Counted from the stretch's first letter, positions 27,201 to 36,082 are shown. The stretch: DNA of 49,952 nt from Methanobrevibacter sp. (GCA_045638165.1 JAZUAV010000040.1:1-49952); one strand, 5' to 3'. The notes: a model not told the origin generated them from the letters alone. A program made the numbers and translations.

Positions 27201-29048
27201 AAGAGCAATTTCAAAGCCTTCATCACAATCAACATCTTCTAAAATTGATATATCTTTTAATAAATCATCAGATTCATCAAATTTATCTATTAATACATTA
27301 AAAGCTGTTAAAAAGCTTTCAATTAATTTAGGAGAGTAATATGAAGAATCATAGGTTAAATTTAAATAATTGTTTTCAACTGAGAATATGAACTTATAAT
27401 TTTCATAATCAGTATTTTGAGTATCAAATAAAATTTCACTTTCAAAGTTTAATTTTTTGTTATTGGACAACGGATAATTTTTAAACTCCTTAAATTCATT
27501 TTTAAAATTGTCCAAATATTGTTTGATTGATAAATCTGTGTTGAAATGATATCCTGTAGCTTGGGAGTTATAGGCTACGAGTATATCCTTAGAAAACGAA
27601 AATTTAGTTAAATTATATAAGAATATGGATAAAAGCAATTCTTGATTTCTAATGCCATACCTTTCAGATAGTTTCTTTAACTTTTCCAGGTTAAATGATT
27701 GATATATTGTTTCAAAATTACTTTGAGCATTGCTTACATCCGGAGATATTGTGGTCGGATATGCAAATGAGTTAATCAAGTTGTTATAGTAATTTTCGGC
27801 TTTAAAGAAGTCTGTGACATCCACATCATAATCTTTACATTTTCTAGACGGATCATCAATCAACTGCCTTAGCAAATCTTTAAGACCATCTGCAATTGTT
27901 TCAATTTCATTTAAACTGAAACAAGACTTATCATATTCTATAAATATGGATTGCAATCCACCTTTATCCGGGAAATTCCTGTTTATTCTAAAATGTAGAG
28001 GGAATTTAATATTCTTTTTAATTGTTATAGCTTTTGAACCATGATTTGTGGAGTTTGAAACGATGGAAAACATATTAATGCAATCTGGTTCGATGCCCAA
28101 ATTTCTTAAATCTGTTGTATATTCGCTGAATTGTAATTTTGCATGAGTCAAACCGCTTTTTAAAACAGATTTGGAATATTTGAGCAATTCCTCAAAAGTT
28201 AAGTCCTCATCATATTTTAATCTTAAAGGGATGGTGTTTACAAACATTCCCAGTGCTTCGCCTTGATTAAAGTATCTTCCATGAACGGAGGTATTGAAAA
28301 TCAAATCTTTAAATGATTCATTGTCTTTCTTAGATTTTGCGAAGTATAAGAAATGCAGTGCCAATGCAGTAACGAAAGGAGAATAACCAAAGTCGGGAGC
28401 TTCATCAAGAAGAACTTCCAAATAACTCAGTTGCGAATCATCAAAAGAATACCAATCCTGAGAATAATCCTTTAATGTGTCCAACCAATATTCCTTATCA
28501 ACATTAGCCTCATCAGAATTCAAATAATCCATTTCAGCATCAACATAGGTACTGTAAGAATAATCTATAGGTGAATATTCCTCATTGTTTTTTATGCAAT
28601 CCATGCATTTTTCAATTTCTTGGGGAACCAGTGAATAGAGTGATGTTCCATCAAGCAGAATATGATGAACAACACCAACAAGAATAGCTGATGAATCTGT
28701 TTTTAAAACAGTCCACCGGTATAATGGAGAATCAAAAATATCACCAAATGGTTGATTTAAATAGTCTATAATAAAATCATCAATGTTTTCACTATTCACT
28801 CCAAATGTTTCAACATTAACATCATTGCCTTCAGAATAATACTGTTTGAAATCACCATTTTCATCATACTTAATCTGCAAATTCAAATAACATCGACAAA
28901 TAGTTGTAACGGCTGATTTAACATACTCAAAATCCTTCAAATCATAATCTTTCCTAATGTTAAGATAAAAGGAATCATTTTCAGGATCATTCACCTCTGA
29001 AAATAATATCATTTTCTGAGCAGAAGATAACTTAAACAAATTCATCAT
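21291..29048 (-). CDS. Non-ribosomal peptide synthetase, C-C*(truncated)-A-T-C-A-T-R
   Basis: HHILLDG and HHLIVDG (C); two sets of YTSGSTGxPKG, YGPTE, QIKLRGLRIE and TPNGK (A); LFKIGLTSL and FFEIGGNSL (T); GATGFLG and YLGSK (terminal reductase). Confidence 0.96.
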   Translation of the reverse strand: MMNLFKLSSAQKMILFSEVNDPENDSFYLNIRKDYDLKDFEYVKSAVTTICRCYLNLQIKYDENGDFKQYYSEGNDVNVETFGVNSENIDDFIIDYLNQPFGDIFDSPLYRWTVLKTDSSAILVGVVHHILLDGTSLYSLVPQEIEKCMDCIKNNEEYSPIDYSYSTYVDAEMDYLNSDEANVDKEYWLDTLKDYSQDWYSFDDSQLSYLEVLLDEAPDFGYSPFVTALALHFLYFAKSKKDNESFKDLIFNTSVHGRYFNQGEALGMFVNTIPLRLKYDEDLTFEELLKYSKSVLKSGLTHAKLQFSEYTTDLRNLGIEPDCINMFSIVSNSTNHGSKAITIKKNIKFPLHFRINRNFPDKGGLQSIFIEYDKSCFSLNEIETIADGLKDLLRQLIDDPSRKCKDYDVDVTDFFKAENYYNNLINSFAYPTTISPDVSNAQSNFETIYQSFNLEKLKKLSERYGIRNQELLLSIFLYNLTKFSFSKDILVAYNSQATGYHFNTDLSIKQYLDNFKNEFKEFKNYPLSNNKKLNFESEILFDTQNTDYENYKFIFSVENNYLNLTYDSSYYSPKLIESFLTAFNVLIDKFDESDDLLKDISILEDVDCDEGFEIALKNEGVINALFEKAVEQNPDKCILYADDGEYTYSQLNSKANKIANALIKRGLKLEDKVMFIMKRNSDLIATVLGIIKAGGAFIPIDPKYPKNRIQQILDDSDSKFVIVNDEWDFDIENAIDVAELLEENDDANPNVSITPDNLCFLIYTSGSTGKPKGVMITHRGISNYIAYDEKNVPIYELNNKCDKFVSISTVSFIVFLREIFGTIMNGLPVVFANDEQSIDPFKLSELFIKTGADGFGSTPTRLLEYLRLTEIQDILKKCNVLIVGGEAFPPILYDKLSQFTNADIYNSYGPTEVTIASHYKLIDSNVISAGWPMLNVVDKIMDIDGNELPPYVPGEIYVGGAGIARGYLNNPEQTEKVFLTLNNIPYYNTGDLGKKDEYGELYTLGRNDTQIKLRGLRIELSEIEGAIANYEDVMLTKVVVKTINSIEHLCAYFTAASEINHDDLNEYLEGNLPDYMVPSYYTQLEEFPKTPNGKTDFKNLPDPKIDAEELISPKSDVEKGIYEIVCEILGISDFGINTDLFKIGLTSLSVIKLSSALFKEFGAELSIIELINSKNIRNISMLIEAQNTSKNISMEDNYELTPNQLGVYFDCIKNPEKIGYNLPKKIVLDKSIDSNKLRESILKAIDLHPYLKNRIVIDEGKVFNQQSFEIAVDNIEIEEIDELTPEILNNFIKPFDIVDNQLFRFKIYETASNVVLLADFHHLIVDGTSLNILFNDISAIYDGDEERLVEVEADAYEFISNENNFQLSDLSSESEAFFDDMMSDFDEGTILTTDLTGDDENANLANIRIGLDKGLLESFCSDKKISPNILFMSATALALTKYVSNKNILISTIFNGRDNYKYQNTIGMLVKTLPIAFKTDRDMNIEDYFAFVANSWLNVLNNSSFNYVEIANRYNLYPDFLYAFHGKIIEDINIGGKTYPRESMDYDSLRFKFALNVVEVNDEFVISMDYNDAIYSKDYICTFGESIKNIINQFIDEKEQLTALKLKDIAIIPEGDNVEFSEVETKLLYELFEKNVDENRDKVALISSDGQLTYDELNRKANRVAHALINRGVRSGSKILHMLPRTSDLIVAMWGIIKAGCAFVPLANDYPEERVNYIFENSDADYVISDFDFENAVDVSTLLGESDDESNPKVDVSPDDLAYMIYTSGSTGNPKGVMITNENITNLFANTDENYVHNVYQTVESMLSITTVSFDASMIEVLGCFVNGRTLIFADDNQTKDIFELVDLIERTKPDYMGFTPSRLLQYLEFDGFKEALSSFKAIKVGGEKFPKELLELLSEYDLDVYNSYGPTETTVQSNLKHMSFDEEINVGKSLFNYITEVRDIDDKLLPDGVMGELYIGGQGVTKGYYKNQEKTDEVYLSINGINYYKSGDYAIKRNDEIYVQGRMDNQIKLRGLRIEPEEISSVISTFDGITNVVVVIKKINNVDHLCAYYSGSEEIAIDDLKEYISSRLTDYMVPTVFMQLEKLPQTPNGKTDIKSLPEPELTTEYVAPENDVEAFFANCFQEVLGIDKVGVTDNFFEIGGNSLLVTKITIEAINNEYDVNYADVFDNPTPRLLADCVLSDKKSATSYEDDYDYTLIDNLLKKNNTKSFIEGKCDESLGNVLLTGATGFLGIHVLREVLENEKGDVYCFVRSKGKLTAEKRLKSLLFYYFAKDFSEFDDRMHVVDGDITSLDDFKKLLPYDINTIINCAANVKHFSAGTDIEDINLGGVINGLEFAKLIDAKYVQISTVSVAGESVNNYPPTDRIFSEQDLFIGQRVDNQYLGSKFLAERQVLEAAAEDGLDVKIMRVGNLMARNSDSEFQINFESNGFINRIKSFITIGKFPVSMLNNNVEFSPIDYTAKSIVNLSKSPKECVVFHPCNNHKISFADVIDILKNLGFDLDVVSEDEFEAALAEVMKDEEKQAGLEGFITSIGSGQVKKVWVKDTNDYTIQMSYLMGVKWPLISDEYVYNFMKFMKDSDFF

Positions 29049-29146
29049 AATTCACCAAAAATACATTTATATATCTAATTTTGTTTATCAAAATATTTAA
29101 AAGTTAATTTTAACTTATAATTAAATATAGAATTAAATAAAATTTT

Positions 29147-29458
29147 ATGGATGATATCATGAACATTACAAAAAACTATGAAGAAAAAGAATTAACATTA
29201 TATGTTGAAGGCCGTATTGACACTATCACATCAAAAGAATTAGATAAAGAGATTAATGAAGAATTAGGCAATTTCGACTCTTTAATAATGGATTTTACTG
29301 ATTTGGAATATATTTCAAGTGCAGGTCTAAGAGTATTGATTGCAACACAAAAGAAATTAAAACCTGAAAATATTCCTTTTGTTATCAGAAATGTTGATGA
29401 TGCAATTAAAGAAATATTTAGAATGTCCGGTTTTGATAAGATTTTAAAGATAGAATGA
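29147..29458 (+). CDS. STAS domain anti-anti-sigma factor (RsbV/SpoIIAA-like)
   Basis: GRIDT, DFTDLEYISSAGLRVL (phospho-Ser motif) and IFRMSGF; start may be ATG 29159. Confidence 0.92.
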   Translation: MDDIMNITKNYEEKELTLYVEGRIDTITSKELDKEINEELGNFDSLIMDFTDLEYISSAGLRVLIATQKKLKPENIPFVIRNVDDAIKEIFRMSGFDKILKIE

Positions 29459-29832
29459 ACTCAATAACGTTAAAACCTGAATTGAATGAATTATATACTT
29501 TAAATGAGTTTATTTTAAAGGAATTTCCCGAAAAAAACATTCAAGTTAATTTGATTGTTGAAGAGATATTTGTCAATATCGTCACTTACTCAAAAACGGA
29601 ATTCATTACCGTTAATGTGGAATATGCTGATTTCGCATTAACTATTGAATTTATTGACAATGGGATTGAATTTAATCCTCTTTTAGAAGAAAATCCAACT
29701 ATTCCAAACAATATTGAAGAAGCGCAAATTGGAGGGTTGGGCATTTTTTTAACCAAACAACTTGCTGATGAACTAGATTATCATTATATAAATGGCAAAA
29801 ATCACTTAAAGATAAGTAAAAAAGTGGAATGA
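29455..29832 (+). CDS. RsbW/SpoIIAB-like anti-sigma Ser/Thr kinase (HATPase_c)
   Basis: EEIFVNI (N box), DNGIEFNP (G1) and IGGLGIFL (G2); ATGA overlap with the STAS gene. Confidence 0.9.
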   Translation: MNSITLKPELNELYTLNEFILKEFPEKNIQVNLIVEEIFVNIVTYSKTEFITVNVEYADFALTIEFIDNGIEFNPLLEENPTIPNNIEEAQIGGLGIFLTKQLADELDYHYINGKNHLKISKKVE

Positions 29833-30196
29833 TGAAATCAAAACTAAAAAAACTAACTTTTACAAATGCAGGCCATAATCACCCATTAATAAAGGAAAAT
29901 GGAAAATTCAGATATTTAAATATTGACTCCGGAATTGTTTTAGGAATCATGGAAGACTTTAATTATGCTGTAGAAGAAATAACATTAACAGAATACTTGG
30001 CATTATATACCGATGGAATCACTGATGCAGACAATGAAAATGATAAAAGGTACGGTGAAAAACGACTTTAAAACTTCTTTAATGAGTTTAAAAGTGATGC
30101 TGATTCGATTACTCCATTATTAAATGACATCCATAATTCACTGAAGATACAGAACATTATGATGACATGACCTTATTAAATCTAAAGATAAAATGA
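29829..30196 (+). pseudogene. Decayed RsbU/SpoIIE-type PP2C phosphatase
   Basis: Only the C-terminal half remains (NAGHNHP, LYTDGITDA); in-frame TAA at 30069-30071; frameshift near 30137 before ...EHYDDMTLL; original stop at 30194-30196 overlaps the PPTase ATG. Confidence 0.85.
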
Positions 30197-30825
30197 TTAA
30201 ATTAGCCTATTGCAACATAGAGAATCTGGATTTAAAAAAAGCCTACAAACTGGTTTCTAAAAACCGCCAAGAAAAAATTGATTTCTATAGATTCGATAAA
30301 GATAAGAAACTGAGTTGTGGAGCATATCTCCTTTTGAAAAAACTGTTATCTGATGAAAGCATCACAAATCCTACTTTTAAAACTGAAAAATATGGCAAGG
30401 CATACATATCCAATCATGAAAATATTCATTTTAATTTAAGCCATTCCGGTAAAATCGTTTTGTGTGCAATATCTGATATGGAAGTTGGGGTTGATGTTGA
30501 ATATATTGACTCTGAAATTGATTTAAACATAGCCAAGCATTACTTCTACAACAGAGAATATGAAAATATCATGAATGCCAAAAACAAATCAGAAGAATTC
30601 TTTAAATATTGGGTTTTAAAAGAAAGCTACATGAAATATACTGGCCTTGGAATGAATTTAGAACTAGACAGTTTTGAAATAGTAATTGATGACACAATTA
30701 GGCTTAAAGACAACAATGAAAATTTGAAATTTAATCTGTTCAATATCAAAAACTATAAAATTGGAATAGCCAGCCATTACAATGTGGCTAAGTTAATTGA
30801 ATATAATGTTAATGAATTATATTAA
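30193..30825 (+). CDS. 4'-phosphopantetheinyl transferase, Sfp type
   Basis: YGK, FNLSHSG, VGVDVE and FFKYWVLKESYMKYTGLG motifs. Confidence 0.93.
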   Translation: MIKLAYCNIENLDLKKAYKLVSKNRQEKIDFYRFDKDKKLSCGAYLLLKKLLSDESITNPTFKTEKYGKAYISNHENIHFNLSHSGKIVLCAISDMEVGVDVEYIDSEIDLNIAKHYFYNREYENIMNAKNKSEEFFKYWVLKESYMKYTGLGMNLELDSFEIVIDDTIRLKDNNENLKFNLFNIKNYKIGIASHYNVAKLIEYNVNELY

Positions 30826-30841
30826 AAAAAAAGAGAAAGAA

Positions 30842-30867
30842 TATAAAAGTTTAAAATAACTTTTATA
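30842..30867. terminator. Hairpin between the convergent PPTase and nifB genes
   Basis: TATAAAAGTT-N6-AACTTTTATA; long T-tract on the minus strand at about 30824-30840. Confidence 0.5.
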
Positions 30868-30871
30868 ACCC

Positions 30872-31738
30872 TCAGTAATGACTTTGTGGAGTCATTCCCA
30901 AATGGCTGTCTTCGCTTTTCTTACCAGGTATTCCATAAGCATCTGCCCTACATTGGGTGCATGCCCTGAATACAGGAATGATTTCTTCAACTTGTTCCCT
31001 GACACTTTCCATCATGGAACAGTCAGGACGTGAATAATGCTTCATTTTAGCCAGCGGAATCAACGGCAAAATATTCATCATGGAAGCTCCGCGTTTTTTA
31101 ACTTCACGAGCTATATCAACGATATGTTCATCATTCAATCCAGGAATCAAAACAGAATTTACCTTAACAACCAAACCGTTAGCCGCCGCCTTTTCAACAC
31201 CATCCAACTGGTTTTTAATTAATATCTCAACTGCTTCATAGCCTTTGTAAATTTTTCCGTCATAATTAATGAATGAATAAATATCAACTGCAATATCCGG
31301 ATCGATTGCATTAATTGTTACAGTAACGGAATTCACTCCAAGTTCTGCAAGTTTATCTGCGTATTTTGGAAGTAGAAGACCGTTGGTACTCATACATTTA
31401 ATTAAGTCAGGCTGTTCTTTTGCCAATTTTTCAAAAAATTCAAATGTCGCTTCATTAGCAAGGGAATCTCCCGGACCAGCCACGCCTACAACTGCTATAG
31501 GACTATCTGTAGTAACATCATTGATATGTTTAATTGCAGCATCAGGATCCATAACACAGCTTGCTACACCAGGCCTATCCTCTTCATTGTTAATATCCCT
31601 TGTACAGAAGTTACAAAAGATATTACATTTTGGCGCAACTGGTACATGTGCTCTACCTACTTTATCATGCATTTTTTCATTAAAACATGGATGTGCTTTA
31701 GTTATATGTGCAAATCTTGAACCTTTGTGCTCAGCCAT
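30872..31738 (-). CDS. nifB: NifB-type radical SAM protein (stand-alone, no NifX domain)
   Basis: HPCF, H.PVAP.CNIFCNFC, E.RPG, AGPGD, STNG, KVNSVLIPG.N and CTQCRADA motifs. Confidence 0.9.
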   Translation of the reverse strand: MAEHKGSRFAHITKAHPCFNEKMHDKVGRAHVPVAPKCNIFCNFCTRDINNEEDRPGVASCVMDPDAAIKHINDVTTDSPIAVVGVAGPGDSLANEATFEFFEKLAKEQPDLIKCMSTNGLLLPKYADKLAELGVNSVTVTINAIDPDIAVDIYSFINYDGKIYKGYEAVEILIKNQLDGVEKAAANGLVVKVNSVLIPGLNDEHIVDIAREVKKRGASMMNILPLIPLAKMKHYSRPDCSMMESVREQVEEIIPVFRACTQCRADAYGIPGKKSEDSHLGMTPQSHY

Positions 31739-31804
31739 TTTATCACTTCTCCTTCATATAACAACTGTTAATTTGTATTGATACGAACAAATATATAAAC
31801 TTTT

Positions 31805-32365
31805 CTACATGCCTTTATTCAGTTCGCCAATAAATTCATTAGCTTTTTCAATCCATGCATCCTTTATTAATTCATCAGTAGCTACAACACAGACAATATC
31901 TTCAGTAGACATGTCTTTGATGATTTTAAATCCTTCAGGCAATATTCTGAAAACTGCATCATAAATACGTCTTTGTAAATTAGAATGAGGGTCATCGACA
32001 ATTAATGTTTCCAAATCAGTATGGTCTCCTTTTATTTCCAGTTGATATCTGTTCGGTTGATAAATCTCATCTCTTGAAAATGACCTCCATAATCTCTTCA
32101 AGATGTTAGGAAGATAATTTTCGTTTTCAATGAAAATTGAAGTAACATCGTTTGCTTTGTCATAAGTCAAATTAGCAACATCACCAAATAATATTGCATT
32201 TGAAGTCTTTTTCATTTTAATGGCCAGAACAAATACGGGGTCATCAGGATTAACATAAGCTTTCAAATCATCCACAGATGATCCAAGAACCAAATCTTGG
32301 AAAATTTGTTTAATGATGATTTCATAGACTTCTGCACCTCTCTCATCATAGCATTCAACTAACAT
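31805..32365 (-). CDS. Methanogenesis marker protein 17
   Basis: VECYDERGAEVY start; RILPEGF motif; position after marker 15. Confidence 0.85.
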   Translation of the reverse strand: MLVECYDERGAEVYEIIIKQIFQDLVLGSSVDDLKAYVNPDDPVFVLAIKMKKTSNAILFGDVANLTYDKANDVTSIFIENENYLPNILKRLWRSFSRDEIYQPNRYQLEIKGDHTDLETLIVDDPHSNLQRRIYDAVFRILPEGFKIIKDMSTEDIVCVVATDELIKDAWIEKANEFIGELNKGM

Positions 32366-32379
32366 CAAATCAACCCTTT

Positions 32380-33621
32380 CTATTTATTATCTTGTCTGTG
32401 TCCCATTCCAGATACTAAAAGAGCAGCTCCCACAGCACCGATATGTTGAGAGTATTCAGGTACGATAACTTCGATTCCACCTAAAGTCTCACTTACAGCT
32501 TCAACAAGTCCAGATATCAAACTTGTTCCACCTACCTGAATCAATGGTTCACGAATATCAATTTCCTGAAGTTGTTGTTCATAAACTTGTTCGGATACTG
32601 AGTGACATGCCGCTGCAGCTACATCCGCTTTGGAACCTCCTGCCGCTAAAGTGGTAACAAGGTCCTGGATACCAAATACAATACAGTATGAGTTTAACAT
32701 TGCTTTTCTCCAATCACCTTGAACAGCTAGAGGACCTAATTCAGTAATGTCAACATCCAATCTGCGTGAAGTCATGTCTAAAAATCTTCCTGATGCACCT
32801 GCACAGATACCACCCATAGTAAAGTTATCAGGAATACCGTTGTTAACAGTGATTACCTTGTTGTCCATACCACCAATATCTAAAACTGTAGCTTCACCTT
32901 TTTGACAATCAGCCAGATATACTGCACCTTTTGCATTAACTGACAACTCTTCTTGAATAAGTTCGGCACCGAATTCCTGACCCATGGTGAATCTACCATA
33001 ACCTGTAGTTCCAATACCATCCACATCATCCCAGTCATAATCTGTGTTGGCAAACGCTTCTGCAGCAGCGGTCTTTGCGGATTCGATGATATCTTTAGTG
33101 GCTGTCCAACCAGTTCCGATAACTTGGTTGTTTTCCATAAGCACTGCTTTTGTAGTGGTTGAACCGGAGTCAAGTCCAAGAGTAAGTCCCTCTTGTTTTT
33201 CACGAGCAAGAATACTTCTGCGAGTTACGGTTGTAGCCAATGCTTCCATACGGATGAATAACTCATCAGCTTTTGTTCTTTCAGTGAATGAATAGGTAAC
33301 TACTGGAATACGAGTATTGTTTTGTATAAATCTTCTTACTTCATTTCTGACTAATGCAGCTTCAGCACATCTAAAGCAGGTTGCAATAAATACTGCATCC
33401 GGTTTGGACCTGCCTTCCACAATAGCCATAGCTCTTGCAATCATCAGTTTTAAACTTGAACTTTGAGCTGAAAATCCAAATTTCTCATAAGATTCATCAA
33501 TGTAATCCAAATCAATTTCAGGAAGAACAATTTCTGCACCAAATTTATTTGCTGCCTTTTCAATTTCCTTTTGAATTCCACTATATTCTGTTCCACATGA
33601 AACTAAAGCAATTTTAACCAT
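32380..33621 (-). CDS. Methanogenesis marker protein 15 (BadF/BcrAD-like ASKHA ATPase activator)
   Basis: [38 protein letters not shown] and CAGASGRF; start ATG 33621 after GGAGG. Confidence 0.92.
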   Translation of the reverse strand: MVKIALVSCGTEYSGIQKEIEKAANKFGAEIVLPEIDLDYIDESYEKFGFSAQSSSLKLMIARAMAIVEGRSKPDAVFIATCFRCAEAALVRNEVRRFIQNNTRIPVVTYSFTERTKADELFIRMEALATTVTRRSILAREKQEGLTLGLDSGSTTTKAVLMENNQVIGTGWTATKDIIESAKTAAAEAFANTDYDWDDVDGIGTTGYGRFTMGQEFGAELIQEELSVNAKGAVYLADCQKGEATVLDIGGMDNKVITVNNGIPDNFTMGGICAGASGRFLDMTSRRLDVDITELGPLAVQGDWRKAMLNSYCIVFGIQDLVTTLAAGGSKADVAAAACHSVSEQVYEQQLQEIDIREPLIQVGGTSLISGLVEAVSETLGGIEVIVPEYSQHIGAVGAALLVSGMGHRQDNK

Positions 33622-33625
33622 ATTA

Positions 33626-34081
33626 TTATTCCTCCTCAGCAGTTTTGTCAAGTGAATCTACAAAATCATTTATCTCATTTACCATGACATATGTTTCATC
33701 TTGATTTGTTGGATAATTAAGCTCCAAAACAGGAATGCCCTTGTTTCTGAGTAAAAATATTGATAGTTCATTTGTTCTTGCACATCCAATACAACCAAAG
33801 CCATATGGAGCCCCATCAACTACAATAGCTGCTTCCGCTTCATCTATAAGAGGTCCGATAATTGCCATTCTTCCACGAACACCTGACGGAACTTCAATAG
33901 CCGCATATTTAAGGCCTTTGATTGGGTCCTCTTCGGTAATGTTCATCGGAGGAGAATCAATCTCGGGGTCTTTGATTTTTTGTCTAATTTGTTTTTGTAA
34001 AACTAAAGGAGTATGACCTTTTCTTTCAAGTAAATCTGCTAAGATTAATGAGTTTGGAGGATAAATAGCTATTTTAACCAT
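33626..34081 (-). CDS. Methanogenesis marker protein 5
   Basis: [28 protein letters not shown] and [12 protein letters not shown]. Confidence 0.92.
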   Translation of the reverse strand: MVKIAIYPPNSLILADLLERKGHTPLVLQKQIRQKIKDPEIDSPPMNITEEDPIKGLKYAAIEVPSGVRGRMAIIGPLIDEAEAAIVVDGAPYGFGCIGCARTNELSIFLLRNKGIPVLELNYPTNQDETYVMVNEINDFVDSLDKTAEEE

Positions 34082-34089
34082 ATTTTCAC

Positions 34090-34563
34090 CTATTCCTTAT
34101 TTTCTAAACATTCATCCATAATTTTTTTGAATTCATCAACTTTAATTGGTTTTTTCTCTTCAATTTCAACATCATCTTTAGGATTTTCCAAAGCTTCAGA
34201 AACAAAACCAAGTATTCTATATTCTTTTTCCATTTGGTGGAAACCTTCTCTAGGACCGAATCTATGACCTCTGCATCTTCTAGGGTCACCTGGAGCAAAT
34301 CCTCTTTCCTTTGTGAAAATGTGTGCCGGATCGAGTTTCCTTATTTCCTCAATAGCTTTGTAAACATCTTCACTTTTACCGCTAATCATAGACCCGTAAC
34401 AAGTATTCTTAATTGTAAGGGGCAAATCAAGCATGTGAAACTCATTAACAATTTCCTGTTCACTTACATGAGCTCCCGGCCCAATAAATATCATACGAGT
34501 AATCACATCAGGATCCCAATCTTCAGTACCCAAATCAGGACTCATGGTTAGATTCTGTGACAT
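34090..34563 (-). CDS. Methanogenesis marker protein 6
   Basis: [20 protein letters not shown] and [12 protein letters not shown]; start ATG 34563 (GGAG RBS) or 34545. Confidence 0.9.
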   Translation of the reverse strand: MSQNLTMSPDLGTEDWDPDVITRMIFIGPGAHVSEQEIVNEFHMLDLPLTIKNTCYGSMISGKSEDVYKAIEEIRKLDPAHIFTKERGFAPGDPRRCRGHRFGPREGFHQMEKEYRILGFVSEALENPKDDVEIEEKKPIKVDEFKKIMDECLENKE

Positions 34564-36082
34564 ATACCTCAACTCCTTCTTTTAATTTTTCAATACTATC
34601 GTAATCAGAAACAATATCGCCAATTATATTGGTTGCTTCGAAACTTTCCGCAGTAGGTCCGAATTCAACATTATCTTCAAATCGAATACCAATCAAACCG
34701 GTACTCTTTGAAGCCATGTTTGTAATACCTATTTGACCTCTTATAACCTTTTCAACAGGGTTATTTTCAGGCACCAAACCTTTAGCAGCCTTCTTATCAC
34801 CTTCAAATATGACAATGTGCATTCCAGGTACTGCAAAGTGAACCTTTATTTTACCTACAGGATTTTCTAAAAGGCCGGACAATAATTTAAAGTATCTTAC
34901 AGATCTTGGAGCATTTTCTACAAATTTAATTACACACATGTCTTCCTTATTAACCGCCTTGGTCACTACTTGTCCTTCTCTTAGGATATCTATTGTATGT
35001 TTAGGAACTTGTTCGACGATTACTGCATCATCATCAACCAATCCATCAATCATGTGCTCAACACCTGCTGCAGACAATATTTCTGTAGCTTCCTTTTGGG
35101 TTTTGTTCAGTAACATTAACCTTTGCTGTTCGGCTTTGACAGTTATGAAATCATTTTCCTTTGCAATGTCAATGATTTCCATGCCTTTTACAATCTTACC
35201 CACAGTAGTATGATTTGGAGTCAATACCCTATTTTCACGATAGATGAAAAGTTTTCCGATACCAACACCATTGTTTCTAACGGTAATTGTTCCCCTAGTT
35301 CTTTGAGTAGTGTCTTCTTTAGGTTTTTCCAATCCTGCCAAATCATAAAAACCTATGAAAGACTCACTATCATAAGACACTTTAATTCTACCATCCTTAA
35401 CAAGAGAAAACAAATGTTCAACACAAACCGGTGAATCTTCATCAATCTCAAAAGAAATATATGTGTATAGTTCATTTCCCTCTTCAAGAACAGTGGTCAA
35501 ATCGGAAACCGAAGCACTATCTGTTGTTGTGCTTCTTACAACAATCGGTTCGATGCCTTTTACAAAATCATCATCAGTCAGGCTTTCCAAAGTTTTCTTA
35601 CCACCTATGACGCGAGCAAAAATACCCTTGTTATAAGGAGGCACACTGTAAACGTTTGTTGTATTTTCCTTAAGCATTATCAAATGAGTGGACTCATTAC
35701 TAAAACTAGACAAACTTAAAACAACATCCCCTTCATAATATTTGAATTCATCAGAAGTAGGTTCCAAATCTGTTACGATAGGGCCGATAGCCACTTCAGT
35801 TGGAGTGGACCATCTGATATTCAAGTCAACAAAATCCTCATATTGATTTTTCCAAACATCAACTAAAGGTTTTGCTTCCTCGGATTCGTCCAATTGGATA
35901 ATTATGGAACCCTTGTTTGTTTTAATCTTGTACTTACTAATGTTCTGTTCAAGCTCTTTTTTACCTTTAATCAAGCAAACAATACTACCAGGAGTATATG
36001 GAGCATTTGTTTCATCAATCACATCCTGGATTGTTGAAGCATCTGCTACATCCATCTCTTCTCCATTAATTTTAATTAACAT
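34535..36082 (-). CDS. Methanogenesis marker protein 3 (cyclophilin-like folds)
   Basis: IKTNKGSI, GTITVRN.GVG.G, APRSVRYF, G.TNMA..GLIGIRF..N.EFGPT motifs; start ATG 36082. Confidence 0.9.
   Translation of the reverse strand: MLIKINGEEMDVADASTIQDVIDETNAPYTPGSIVCLIKGKKELEQNISKYKIKTNKGSIIIQLDESEEAKPLVDVWKNQYEDFVDLNIRWSTPTEVAIGPIVTDLEPTSDEFKYYEGDVVLSLSSFSNESTHLIMLKENTTNVYSVPPYNKGIFARVIGGKKTLESLTDDDFVKGIEPIVVRSTTTDSASVSDLTTVLEEGNELYTYISFEIDEDSPVCVEHLFSLVKDGRIKVSYDSESFIGFYDLAGLEKPKEDTTQRTRGTITVRNNGVGIGKLFIYRENRVLTPNHTTVGKIVKGMEIIDIAKENDFITVKAEQQRLMLLNKTQKEATEILSAAGVEHMIDGLVDDDAVIVEQVPKHTIDILREGQVVTKAVNKEDMCVIKFVENAPRSVRYFKLLSGLLENPVGKIKVHFAVPGMHIVIFEGDKKAAKGLVPENNPVEKVIRGQIGITNMASKSTGLIGIRFEDNVEFGPTAESFEATNIIGDIVSDYDSIEKLKEGVEVYVTESNHES

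Noticed and set aside
29101..29116. Palindrome AAGTTAA-TT-TTAACTT in the NRPS/STAS divergent region
   Set aside because: Almost all A/T and explainable by back-to-back promoter elements; too weak to call an operator.
17420..30870. Integrase, transposase or att-like direct repeats bounding the NRPS block
   Set aside because: None seen, so the block cannot be called a mobile element from this sequence.
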